Of a DNA stretch of 64,000 nt, positions 51,813 to 64,000 are shown piece after piece. A program made the translations under genes and the position numbers. Position 1 is the stretch's first letter, and each line of letters starts with the position of its first letter. This DNA comes from Lepidodermella squamata (taxonomy: Eukaryota > Animalia > Gastrotricha): NCBI GenBank assembly GCA_047495785.1, contig JBLDXI010000009.1, positions 1 through 64,000 on the forward strand, in the 5' to 3' direction. The notes under the pieces are model-generated. The model made no database searches and had not been told where the DNA came from. It saw only the letters and a list, made by a program, of their open reading frames with translations.

Positions 51813-54800
51813 TTACACTTTATATTATCTTCAATTTCTTTTTATTGTTCAGCTAGGTGACTGATTGCACTTAGGTCTTGGGTTCGATTCCCAGCCGTAC
51901 GTAAATTTTGACGAAAGAGAAATTTGCGACACAAAGCCTTGATTCACGTAGACGGCACCCGGATTATCACGCTGGCTAAATAAATAAATGGGACAAATTA
52001 TCGGTTCTACGCTATTTGCACACACGAAAATAGCGCAACGAAAATGAAGCAGCAAGAACTATTTCAACTTCTGCCCTATTGAATGCCTGCTGTTTCAGCA
52101 TAATAGATTCAGCGATTTTGTCTTAATTTGTGGTCCAATCTGAGCAAAACGTCCTTTCTAGGTCATGCAATCTAGGCCGCGTCTGTTGATCTTGAGGGAA
52201 GAAGACGAAGAAGGAAGAATAGGAGAAGGAAGAGGAAGATCAAGTGCACCCATTATCAGAGTTATTTAAAATGTACCCCGCAAATAAGAAGCTACCGCAA
52301 AACCTATGGCGAAATTCATTTATCATGAATCGGGAGGGCAGGCAGCAGGGAAGCGGCGAATAAAAGTAGCGGAATGCGGCGCGCTCTCCCTCGTGGCTTG
52401 CGACATCGCGGGTAAAACGTGATAAAATTATGTGCGCTGCGACGCCAAACGACGTTGCCGGACCATTTTTTTCGCCCAAATTGAGTAAGAGCACCAACGG
52501 ATGAAAGTAGGAAAGCGCACGATCTTCTTTGTCGTAGAGTGAAATGCAGTTATCAGTTTTGGGCGCAATTTTTCTACGGCGAGTATCAGGGCGGGCAGCG
52601 CAACAGTGCACAAGCCGCGCAAAAAATAGCCGCAAAGAGTTAAGTAGGTCGCGTAATAGCATTGCGGGAGCTCATGGATGCCAGTTTGCGGTGCTTCATT
52701 TTTTCACCCATAAACCAGCAGATTCGAGGACGTCAATTTTTTAATTAGTCTGTGCAGCAATTAACGCGCTCAGTGTCGCAGTGGCGCAAGTTTTGACGCG
52801 CCATGTAGTCGCCAGCGTTAATTGCAATGTTAACTGATGGCCGCGCACCCGCCGTCGAGAGCCGGTGCGATTCGTAGAGATTTTTTACAGCTGCACTCCA
52901 ATATTTACTGGGCAAACTCTACGTGACATCGTGCCACTTCCGCGCCGCGATTTGTTTACATCGAAAACACGCCGGCGTGAAGTGCTCGCCTTACTCGTCG
53001 ATATGGATTTTTCCGAACTCGATTTCACAACCATGAATTATTAACTTGAAACGACGAGCGGTTCCGAACTGCACTTTTCGCTGGTGATTTTTCTTTCTTT
53101 CTGCAACTCGCAAGTCGGTGCGCTCGCTAATCAGCGCACGGGTTCACCGTGAGGCGGATCCGATTTCACTTTAGTAAATAACATTTCCCCGAACGACAAG
53201 TATAAGCCATTATTCTCCATCTTCCATTAGTAATCCGGGCCAGCCCCATGCTGCTGTTAACACGTGTGCGTGCTTGGCAAATGAACTATAATATTGTAAT
53301 AGCTATAATGCTTAGCGAGATGGCTGCTGCTGGCTTCACGAAAATGTTCTCGGGCTTGACGTGCTTTGCTGCCTGTTGCCGACGTGACCCGAAAAAAAGA
53401 ACTAGCTGCAACACCTGTCGCCCTAATTATTAACTAAATTTCGCGTGGGCACGTACGGCCGATTGCGGTCAAATTAGTTTTTGCCGACTGATAAGCAGAT
53501 TGCGAAGCCCAGCTTTACTTGATGATTGTTATATATAGCAAAATAATAACAATAATAATAATTTATCCGCTATATTCGCGGCGCATAGCAACTCGCTGTA
53601 TACCATCCGTCCGTGCCCCAGCTATTGAAGCCAAAAATCGGTTTGCTGAGATGCAAGCGATCCACCAACCATCTATCCCCAGTGAAGTGAGCGCATCGCA
53701 TAACGGTTCGGCGCTATTTTTCGGCATGTCGGGAGACGATGATAATAGCCGACGTATAGACACGGAAGCGCTTGCTACTTGCTATATATACACTCTCCGC
53801 AGCGCTGCAAAGCTGGCAAGCGGCGGCCCTCGGTTTTTTGCTCAGATGTGTTGCCGAATTGCCCATCTAAGTTTCAACTCTTGCGGTGCGTTGCCTGATT
53901 ACCCGCTAGCCGCTATAGGCAAACGCGCGCGATCTTCTGTTATTGTTTTTTATTTATTCTTCGACGCTCGACTCAAATGTTGTTGTTGGTGCTGTTGCTA
54001 ATATTCATGATATTCACCGTGAATGGGCGATCGAACCGCCCACTACAATGCAGTAGTGAAAGGAAACTCCGCACTAGTTCTGTTTTTTAAAAGAAAGCAA
54101 TTAGGGAGCACTTAGTGGGTCAAAAAACAGCACAGCCTTGGTTGTTGCTGGCACTTGTCGCCGCTAACAAGATGTGACAGGCCATCACTACTTCCTGCTC
54201 GCCGGCAGAGCGCGGCCCGATTTGCATAGCGCCGCGTGCCACTATATAATGATAACGCCGCCGATGCATATCAGCGCTCGCCTCTTGACAGGCGTCGACG
54301 AGCGGCTAAGTGCGTCGATGATCGCATTTCCATATTTGGATGCGCCTGCGCCAATTGGTCCGGTGGCGCCGATCGACGCCAACGCCGCCAGCCGCGCGAC
54401 TGGCCTTGGTGCCACCTAGGTTGCCAAGGCCGAGCACTGATTTGCCGCCCGCGCGTCGCACTCATTTAACGCTCCGGCCTATGAGCGTAAGGGCCATTTC
54501 CGGCCGGCACAGCGAGTGGCGCCGCAAAAAACGTGTCACGGGCGCACTTGACGGCAACGAGAGGCCAATCCAAATTGTTTCCTGACAGCGTGCTATTTCA
54601 GATTCACAACTTCCGCCATCACGAAGTTGTTTGACATCGCTGTCATTTCCTTTCTCGATGTTGCCGTCGCTCGCTCTCCTCGATCGACCGTGCGCGTTTG
54701 AGGCTACGCATGCGGCTGCGGTAAGCGCTCACCCTGTCATCATCCCGCGCCGCAGCTGCCGCCGAGATAATGTACAGCAGGTAGCAATATTGCGGTTCGG

Positions 54801-55436
54801 CTTGATTAGTCCTGTGCTCCTAAAATCGACGCTACGTTGACGCGCCTTGCTCTTGTCGATAATTACGCACATCATCTAATCCCAAGCTTAGCGAACGTGA
54901 TAACGGTGCTCGACGCTGTTTCCCTTTCGGCGATTTTTTTTTACTCCCCTAACCTCGATCGATTGTTTACATTTATTAAATCATCCGCCGGGTGTTGCGC
55001 GCACCCGTTATTGTTTTTGTAGATTTCATGGTTTTTTCAATGGAGTTTACGCAGCCGCTGCCGCCACCGCCGAGCATGGCGCCGCCACCAGCTGTTCTTC
55101 CATGAACTAACGGCGTCGATGCACGTCCGCGCACCGACGCGCGATCCGCACTGAACGCCGCTTTCAGGACTCTGTCGAATGCCAGTGGTTTCAACTCATC
55201 GAACTCGCCAGCCGTCAGCTATCAGCAATCAGCGCCATTCGTCGCCTGTTTACTACGCAGTTGTTGCGCCACTGCTCGCCGCTGTAGTCATTGCTAACAT
55301 TGTCAGCTACCGACAGATCAACGCCCTTGAAACCAGACCCTTTGCGGCCCCGTCCAGTGGCTCAGGGGCTGATTCGGACCCGGATGCATCAAGTAACTCT
55401 CGTAGACGTCCGCCAAGGCAATGTTCGTTTTTTATC

Positions 55437-58345
55437 ATGGGTCCTAATTTCTTGTGTTTTATCAACCTCCTTGTTTTTGTAACAGCAGCAGAAGGCGAGA
55501 CAACAACGGACGGTGCACAGCACGTGACAATATCACCGACTAACGAACCAAGACTTGTTCGAGTTCGCCCGCCAGCCGAACAGCGCCTTTACTCCTACCT
55601 GTTCGATTCGCCTAGCGCCTACCTGAAACACGTTCGGCCGGTTATTGATCATGCAACTAGTGTCAAAGTGCGCCTCGGTGTGTGTATCATGACTGTGGAC
55701 GATATAGTCGAAAAGGACCAGACCATGCTCAGTACCGGCTGCGTTAAGATGGTGAGTGTCCCAAGAAACTAGTCCATATGATACATGTACCAAACTAGGT
55801 CATTATTTTTGACACTGATTTTTTTTTGGTTTACAGAAATGGATTGACGAAGTTCTGCGATGGGACCCAGCTCGATTTGACAACCTTACATGGATAGTGT
55901 GAGTAAATCGACAAATTGCTGTTACCTTATTCCTTGTAACTCATTTGTTTTATGCAGCATACCGAGCACAGAAATATGGATACCAGTAAGTTGGATTCTT
56001 TCGGTATTGCCTTTTGAACTGAATAAATTTTATCACAGGACATTGCTCTGGTTAACTCGCCCGATCCGTTTCACATGACGAAGAAGATATCTAACGTTGA
56101 GCTATCGTATACTGGCGAAGTTGGCTACTATCCTTCCGGTCGATTCTCAACCCGATGCCCCGTAACTTTGACGTACTTTCCGTTTGATGCTCAGGTGAAT
56201 ATTCCCAACATAATTTTACTTTGAAACAAGCCTGATAATTTTGCATCCATTTCCGCCAGCTTTGTGAGTTGCAGTTTGAGTCGTGGGCCTATCCGGTCCA
56301 GCAACTCGAATTAGTCGCCTGGCCGGTCGATCCGGTCGACATGAAGTCTTTCGTTACTAATCATCAAGTAAGCGAAAGCCATCTAGCTCGGCAGCAGCCT
56401 TGAATGGTATTTTTTCAATTTTCAGTGGCTGCTAGATGGCGTTAATGTGCAACCGTTGCAAACTTTTTACGACGGTTTCAACTTTTCCACTGTTCGCTTT
56501 CACTTTTTCTTCCATCGTCGCTCGCTCTATTACACGGTATATGCTGTTTATCCGGTGAGTCGATATTACTTTTTGAATTGTACAAGTGAATCTAATTCGA
56601 ATATCTTAAACAGTGCCTTCTCATGGCTGCTCTACAACTATTTTCGCACACTTTACCTGGTAAATGAGGACATTTTGCTCTTGATGATTTGACCTAGTTT
56701 TTTCCGTTCAATAGTCGAGCACCCTGGTCGCATGGCGCTTCTGACTTCTTTGTTCATTGGCAGCAGTGTAGTACAGTCTTCAATCACGGCATCGATGCCC
56801 AAGTCGTCAGACGGTGTCTCGGTCATCCAGGTCTACTTGATGCTCTACTCGGGCTCGCTGCTACTCTCTATCATCGTCACTGCTGTTAACATGCATATAT
56901 TTTACCGAACTCCCGACGACAGCGCTCCGGGAATAGTGCCCCTGTTTTCATCCTTTCTTCTCACGTTCGGTATAAGGCCTATGCAGAAGCCGCCGCCTCC
57001 AGACGCCGGTATAACCCGCCCGGCTGCTGCCAACGCACCGCCTGGTGCAGTCGTCGCTCGAACTCCGCTGCGCTACCAGGCGAGCGGTGACACCAATTCG
57101 TCGCCAGGATCGGCCTTGCGTCCGCGGTCTTCGGCCCCGGCGCCAGTTGGTAGCCAGCGAAGGCGCAGTGATTACCGCTCGCTCCTGCCTCCTCAATCCA
57201 AGTCGGCATCAAATCGTCCGTCTGCTACTGTGACCAACGTCGACGAAGCTCAGCGGCCGTCTACCGAGCCCAAGCGTTCCGGCAACGGCAACGCTTTCAA
57301 TACAGCAGAAGTTCCACCCGAAGCACCGGCATCGCCGAGTGTGGTGGATCTTCTCGGCGACGAGGACAACAGTTTCATCGACGAAGAGTCACCGCCGTGC
57401 AGTCGCAACTCACTCGCCGTTGCGGCACCCACTACTGCTGTAAAGCCAGTCGCCTATGAATTTGCACCATTTGTCGAGCCTGCCCCGCCTCCGCCGCCGC
57501 CCGGTACCTCGCCGCCATTCCTCAAAAGCGTTGTGCGTTCTAACACGACGCCAGTGATGCATGCAACGTCGTCGACGAACACGCCGGTGAAAATGCGCCG
57601 CCCAAGCAAAGCGGCTCAGCCTGGTAACCTCGGGCGCTCGCCTCCAGGCCGAGGCCGGGCCGGAAGGCGCTCGTCAAGCATGCTCATGGGCGGCGGCGGC
57701 GGTAACCCGCGCCTATCAACGTTTCTCAGCAGCCGCGAAGCCGGCCAAGACTGGACGGAGAACAATCGGCGTTGGTCAATAGCCCCGCCTCCATCTATTT
57801 TCACCGCGAGCCAAGCGGCGGCCGCAATCGCGTCGAAACTCGTACCCGACGACCCGGTTATTGAGGAGGAGGAAGGCGGCGGGTCCGGAGGCAGCGAGTT
57901 GGATGAGCTGATTGAAGCGCATCCCGCCGACATTGGTATGCACGACATGAACGAATCGATGATGCCGGCCGACGAGGCGGCGCAATTCGCAGAACCTCAA
58001 CCCGCGACGCAATTGCGCCGGCGCACCGGTTCGAACGCAGCTAACGCAGTCGAGTCTTCCTCGATGCACACGGTGGCGACGTCTGCGTCAACGGGAGCTG
58101 TGACGGCTGCCGAGCGGGCGCGCGCCAACGCTCGCTCGGAAAAGGCGGAAGCGGCGTCACGTGTTCGAATCCGCCACGCCTGGCTCACTTATGCTGCAAT
58201 CATCGACAAGTTTTTCTTCTACGTCATGGGCGTTGTCAACTTCATCGCCCCCGTTATTCTGTTTCTCGTTATGCCGGCCATGCAGAGTTACCCTGGGGCG
58301 GCTAACAACTTGCCTACGATCCCGACGCCGGATACGATCAAATAA
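55437..58345 (+). CDS. Cys-loop ligand-gated ion channel, nAChR-like non-alpha subunit, multi-exon, long M3-M4 loop
   Basis: Signal peptide; VRPV, W.DEVLRWDP, IWIPDIAL, Cys-loop CPVTLTYFPFDAQLC, ESWAY; four TM segments; no vicinal Cys in loop C. Confidence 0.88.
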
Positions 58346-58834
58346 CAATATTTCTTTGCTCTGAGTGAAACTTCGCCTAGTGCCATAGCTATGCGACTTG
58401 AACTGATGATGCAGCTACGATCGTTTGAATGTTCAAAAACTTAGTGACTTATTTCGCGTCGATGGTCGTGTGTAGCTGCATCGCGCCGCTTTTATCAGTA
58501 TTATCTACATGCCCGGAAAAATGTTGTCTCGTTTTCTTTCGTGCTAACGCCTTTGTAAAGTAAGAAAAAGCGACAAGTCTTTGAACGAAAGCGAAAGAAT
58601 TAATATAAATATTTTGATGATTAAATTTGGCTATATGCATAGTTTTGGAGGAATATGAACCATATATTCATGGATCGCCGCTATTGACAAAGCGTTTTTT
58701 ACTTTATAAAAGATGAGAAATACATGAGGAATAAACACTGAAACTGCGAAAATGTCAATGCTTTATTGTGTAACTTTCATTTCTTTCATCCGTTTTATAA
58801 GGGTGAAAGACAGCTTTATTTCTGCTTTCATTCG

Positions 58835-59243
58835 TCAGTAGACTTTGCGGTGGGTGACTCCGAAAATTCTCTGCAGGTGGAACGAGACTGATTTGCGGCG
58901 CCTCTCCGCCTCGTCGTCACTGTCTCGTTCGGTGTTCCCTGGCTTACTTTGTTGACTATCGTCCGCTTTACCAAGTTTATTCTTAACGTTGGTTATCACA
59001 GCTTCGCGGAATTCAGCACTAAGTACTCGTGGAACTTCGCTTGGCAGTTTGGCCATTATTTTCTGAAGCAGAGATGAAAAAACGTTTACAAACACCGACA
59101 GTGGTGAACTTGGAGCAGAACTATACCTGATGTAAGTTGGTGGGCGGAGGCAAGTCCTCGTCGTAGATTAGGCGCTCGTTGATTTCTTTCGGTGCCAATA
59201 GCTGGCCTTTCAGCCCTACCCATACGCGCATTTCAGGATTCAT
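58835..59243 (-). CDS. Small hypothetical protein, probably two exons
   Basis: MNPEMRVWVGLKG...NLHQ|KIMAKLPSEVP... joined in frame by a short GT-AG intron (~59064-59126). Confidence 0.45.
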
Positions 59244-62200
59244 TATCAATCTCCAGTTAATTTAGACTGTAAGCTAAATAAATATACAACAAAATGAATT
59301 ATTAAACTGATTATAGAAACACGAAATTTTAGGTGCCTCACTAAACTATTCTAGAACGAATATAAGTCTTATAGGCTTTGTCAACCCGCTAACAGACTTA
59401 ATGTGTCGTTTTGTAAGTAACTCTGATCCTATGTAACCACAATCAATTTTAAACTATTAGCAAGGTTATCTGTTCAAGATGATGAAACAAAGTATACAAA
59501 ATAGCTATTATAGGTCAAATCTAGTTAGTTGTTTCGCAGATATGAGACGGTTTGGTTTGAAGTAAGCAAGATAAATCCTTGCTAGGCGAAAAATTGCGGC
59601 CACCATAAATGGAGAACCTGGAGAGGGTAGGTTTTTGAAAGAATTTGCAACACCAAGAGGAATTCAGCTGAAATAGCCCCTGTATAAGTAGCTGTATCTG
59701 TTGCGTCTCTGAAATGCCGTGGCAAATGCTTTGGCAGAGACAGAAAATTCGTGGTGTAAGAAATGCTACAATCCGTGGAGTTGTGGTGTGTGTACAAAAT
59801 TATTGCCCTATACGCATGTAAGGTGCCTCAAGACCTTGAGACATTTTTTGAATAGGATTGGTTGAAAATTCTCGAGCTGTATAACGACGGCGTTTTCTTG
59901 TTGTTTTTCTCATTTTTTATACACCTGTAGCTGATATTTTCTCACCATGAAGTTGGCGAATCTTGGCTTTTGAGTGACGCATGACGATAAAAAATAACAC
60001 AGATATATAACGTTTTTTCAACCTAATAACAACACCTGCATCACCAAAAATAACTGGAGCAGAGGATATTATAAAAGAGTGCCATTTTCAGCCATGTGAA
60101 AGACAGCAGTTGACAAGACGTCTTATTTTTAATGTCTGATATGTATGTATCGGCATACGGCATAAACACACAAACGCTCAGTTCTGGAGACGAAGCTCCA
60201 ATGGAACGTAAAGATAATCCCCAGAAGATAGTAAAATCTTGGCACCCATTTTATGACAGGGGCCGAAGTTTTTGGTCGGCTTGATTGGCTGTTCCTATAG
60301 CAATCGGCTATAGGATACTGCTAGAAGTCGGCACTAAAAACGAAAACTGATCTGGCACGTAGCCAAACGATTTTAAAAAGAAGGAGTTTCAGTAAAAAGC
60401 CAAGTTACTTTTCAATGGTATAGATTTGGAAAAATTGCGGCCAGCAACTGCTTTTGCATGGGCCAGCCATCAGGCCAATCAACATGTGTACCTCGTGATA
60501 TCCACTTATTCCGGATGTAATATAATTATGCAGCTTTATTCAGGTGCATTTTCGACCACTATTTTCTCTTGCTGAACGTGTGCCGATATGTCGAACGTGA
60601 CCCGCCTATAAATGAAAATCTGAGGAACGACAATAGTGAGGAAAGTAATCCTGAATAACATAAACATTAGAAGATGTGTGGCTATTTTTGCTAAAAATCG
60701 ATCGCTTTAATGAACGTGAAACATTGCTATGGTTGCAAGTGGCCAGCTCAAAGCACCGGAATCTGACTGCCGAAAAAATGCGTTTGATGCAAGCCCCCAA
60801 TCGCCACGCCGCGCCCGGTGCCGCATTTTCTCCGCCTATTCGTCTTGCACTTTTCTTTTTCTCAGCAGTTATATTCGTAGTTAATCATTAACCAGTCTTA
60901 CAAGTCTTGAGACTAGCCCATCTATTTGATCGCTGATGTAAATATTCTTGTCACCAGTTCAAGCGAAATTTGCTGAATTTATACCTGTATCAGATTTTAG
61001 ATCATGTACTTGCAATGACGGATAAAGCGACACCTAATAAGCCAGCTGGTATCATCAAACCAGCTATCACTACTCAAGAAACAGGCTCGCAGACAGTCAG
61101 TCGCAGCGTAAAACCGGATGCTGGTAAGGTGAAATTTGCAGCTTTCTTAGTTGCGGCGAGCACCAGTCAAGAAGACTCGCCAAATAGCGGCAATAATAAC
61201 GATTACTTTGAAGCCGGTGTGTTCACCTATAACGAAAAGGAGTTTTCGTTCGGAGCGTAAATTTAGCTGTCATAATATTATAAAAATTTATATTCCAATC
61301 TAATTTCATCAGAGGAGCGGCCGTGTCCATCATCAAATCACGTTTGGTGAAGCTCATGGGCTCCGATGTTATTCGAATCTTGGATCGTGAATGGTTAGCA
61401 GCATTGGGGGCGAAAATTCAGGAGCAATATGAAGTAAACAATTTAGAATGAGCTTTTTGCGCTTGAATTTAGCATCAACTTCATTTCCTTCCGCACTGCC
61501 GAGCAATAATTGTCTTTGACCTTCCTTTTTTGCAGGAGGACATGCGGCAGCAAGAAAAACGTCTGCAAGAAGCCGAGGTAGCTCGAACAATGCGGCTGTC
61601 ATCGGTGGAAGCTGCGATGCCATTGCTTGGCAATGATGACAGCGAAGCCTCAACGCCAGTTAACCGAGTACTTGTACCAGGGATTGTGATAAAATCCATA
61701 GATGGCTGATTGATGGCCATCATGCCAACAAGCTTAGCTGTGATTTCTTGTCGAAGCTAACCAATTTTCCTTTTCGAATATACTCACATATAAGTCTTAA
61801 GCTATACTCATATTATACCAGAGACTTGAAGAACACCTAACATGGAGACGAGGAGAGAAGTAATCGCGTAGCATTTATTGAATAAAGAATGAAGCAATAT
61901 ATCCAATATGGTAGTGCCCACTGCACACAATGAAAGATGAAGGTGTGTGTAATGATGGATGAAGTAATTTTCATTTGATTCCAAACCTTTCAATTAATCA
62001 TTCCGTTTTCCCACATTTTCCTCAAACCAAATGGTCATCTCGTCCTATATGCGGCAGCAGATGACTATGCACGCAGGATGATCTTCTCGAGCGAAAATCA
62101 ATCGAAATATTTCACTATGTTCCACGCGTTCCAAAGCCTGGTTGATTAAATCATGCAACCCCTTGCAAAATGAGTAAACTCTTCAGTCATAATAAATGCA

Positions 62201-64000
62201 TGAGAAAATCAGATCTTCACTACCGGATGGGTTGGGTGGACAATTTAAGGTATCATTCTAAATGAAAAATTATTAACCCTTGTATATTGGAGAAGAATTA
62301 TCGCCCGAATCAGGGAATTTTACATCTAATAATGCAGGTCGACCTCATTTTATCTGGAGTGGAATATCGGCGGCGTCAAGCATTCACCATCCGAAGCTTT
62401 CGAGCTATTTTTAGGTAGAATAGCTCTTTGACTTGCCGACAGTTCAAACTGTTAAATCTGTCAAACAGTATAAGTCGGCGTTATTGTTCAAAGAGCATCG
62501 ACGTATTCATCGAATATCGATGTATTTGAAACTATACATTCAAAAATAATTAATAGTAATGTTTTTATTTATCCTCTCTCTTAGACTTTTGCTTCTATAT
62601 CATTTCCGGTTTTGGAGAGGTCGAAGTCAAGCGAAAGATGGAAATCACCCACCCCCACCGCTGAATATCTTCCTCTTCCCAAGAATTCGTATTTATCAAG
62701 CGAGTTGACAATCGTGCGCCATTCGTATCGGTCAAACGATAATAATTCTGTCAATGGAAAATCAGAAATAATTTTGATTTGGAATTCATGTTTTTCACCG
62801 TGTTTTTTTCTTTTTAACCGGTTTTTTATCTTTTTGTTTTTGGGTTACCTTTTCTTCGGCGAACCTCCTTAACAATGCCAAGAACCTTGTGTAGACTTCT
62901 CTTGGTACAGTCTATCCACCTGGTTCGGGGTCTGCCTTTTGGGGCAAACCATCCGAACGGAGGAGACCATTTTGTCACTTTTTGTTTCCGCTCTGCGGTG
63001 TTATTCTTCATTTTCGATCCTCATCATCGTTCTCGATACACACGAATAATAAAATGCGTGTTTATTATAGGTACGCTTTTGAGATTCCCGTGCTGTGCGC
63101 ACGCGTGAACAGCAACTAACATCGACTTATTGCGCCTTCTTGAGTAATGCACGCACACACAGTATATTCAAAAAGGAATAAAACATGAATAAAAAATGCA
63201 CCTTAATAATTTTCAAATTGAAATTTGTCGAAAGCTTATTGGCTCGTCAGTGACTCTAAAAGCCAGAAATTAGTCTATAAAAGGGAAAAAATGGAAGAGC
63301 TAAGGAAGAAGAGGTGGAAGACAGAAGGAAGAAGGAAGAAGAAGGGAAGAGCAGAGAGATGGAAGAAAGGAAGAATAAGAGAAGGAAGAGGAAGAGCGTC
63401 GTTGCCAAGGATTACGGATTACTCTCAACTCTCAACGCTGAATGACTTCGTCTCGCCAATTCTTTAAGCTTCTATTTTGAATATCTCCGGTCCGTGGGTT
63501 AATATTTATGTAACAATAAACAGAGAAGGAATAGATGTTGCCGTTTGAGGAATAGAGGATGACATGAGGTCCTAATCGTTTTCGCGAGTCGCACGTTGAT
63601 GTACATGGCGCTAATAAAATAGCATCAGATCTAGCGAATAATTTCACAGCTCGTGTAATTGTTGTTTGATAAACTGCGGCTCTGGTGATGGTGATGGTTG
63701 CAGTAAGGTTTTATTCAAGCCCACGTATTCGACGTCAAGTAGGATAGCTAATAAGCCAGCTAGCTACAAGAAAGCGCAGCCACGGCGAAAGCTACTGGTG
63801 TTGAGTTGGCCGGAGAGCACGCGGAGCGTTGTGTTGCCCGAGCGCGTTGTCCCTCGACGCCGGTGGCTGGCAAGACGACAGTCTTTTTTACGTTCGCGAG
63901 GCTCTTTTCAAGCCTGCGCTCGTTTATGCATCAACGGCGGTGCTGGCACATCACAACACTACGCGCTGCGAGTAATAATAATAATAATAAATAATATGAG

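Noticed and set aside
60970-62620. Exon-like fragments on both strands
   Set aside because: No coherent gene model or recognisable protein could be built by eye
63290-63397. GA-rich tracts (also near 33380, 45870, 52200)
   Set aside because: Low-complexity purine runs with no shared unique sequence established

Overview
Eukaryotic (invertebrate-like, compact genome with short 45-60 nt introns) left chromosome end with TTAGGG telomere repeats. Bases 1-31450 form a telomeric retroelement chain. The distal part is a 178-bp satellite array punctuated by three copies of a ~715-bp hammerhead-ribozyme module. Next come (CCCTAA)15 and a 14.3-kb endonuclease-lacking Penelope-like (Athena/Terminon-type) element carrying an intron-containing RGG/helical ORF1, an RT, a C2H2 ORF3, a 9.5-kb 168-bp satellite and a second hammerhead module. 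This element is attached to a second (CCCTAA)n tract. Splice signals suggest that alternative 3' acceptors give either an ORF1-RT fusion or ORF1 alone, with the whole RT inside the long intron. Beyond 31450 lie a 544-bp inverted-repeat element and ordinary genes (TTD14-like, THOC5, RPF1, HPD, a Cys-loop receptor, hypothetical genes). A 17-mer I recognise as PacBio barcode bc1003 occurs at three places, so the contig start and the fold-back near 2190 may be artefactual.
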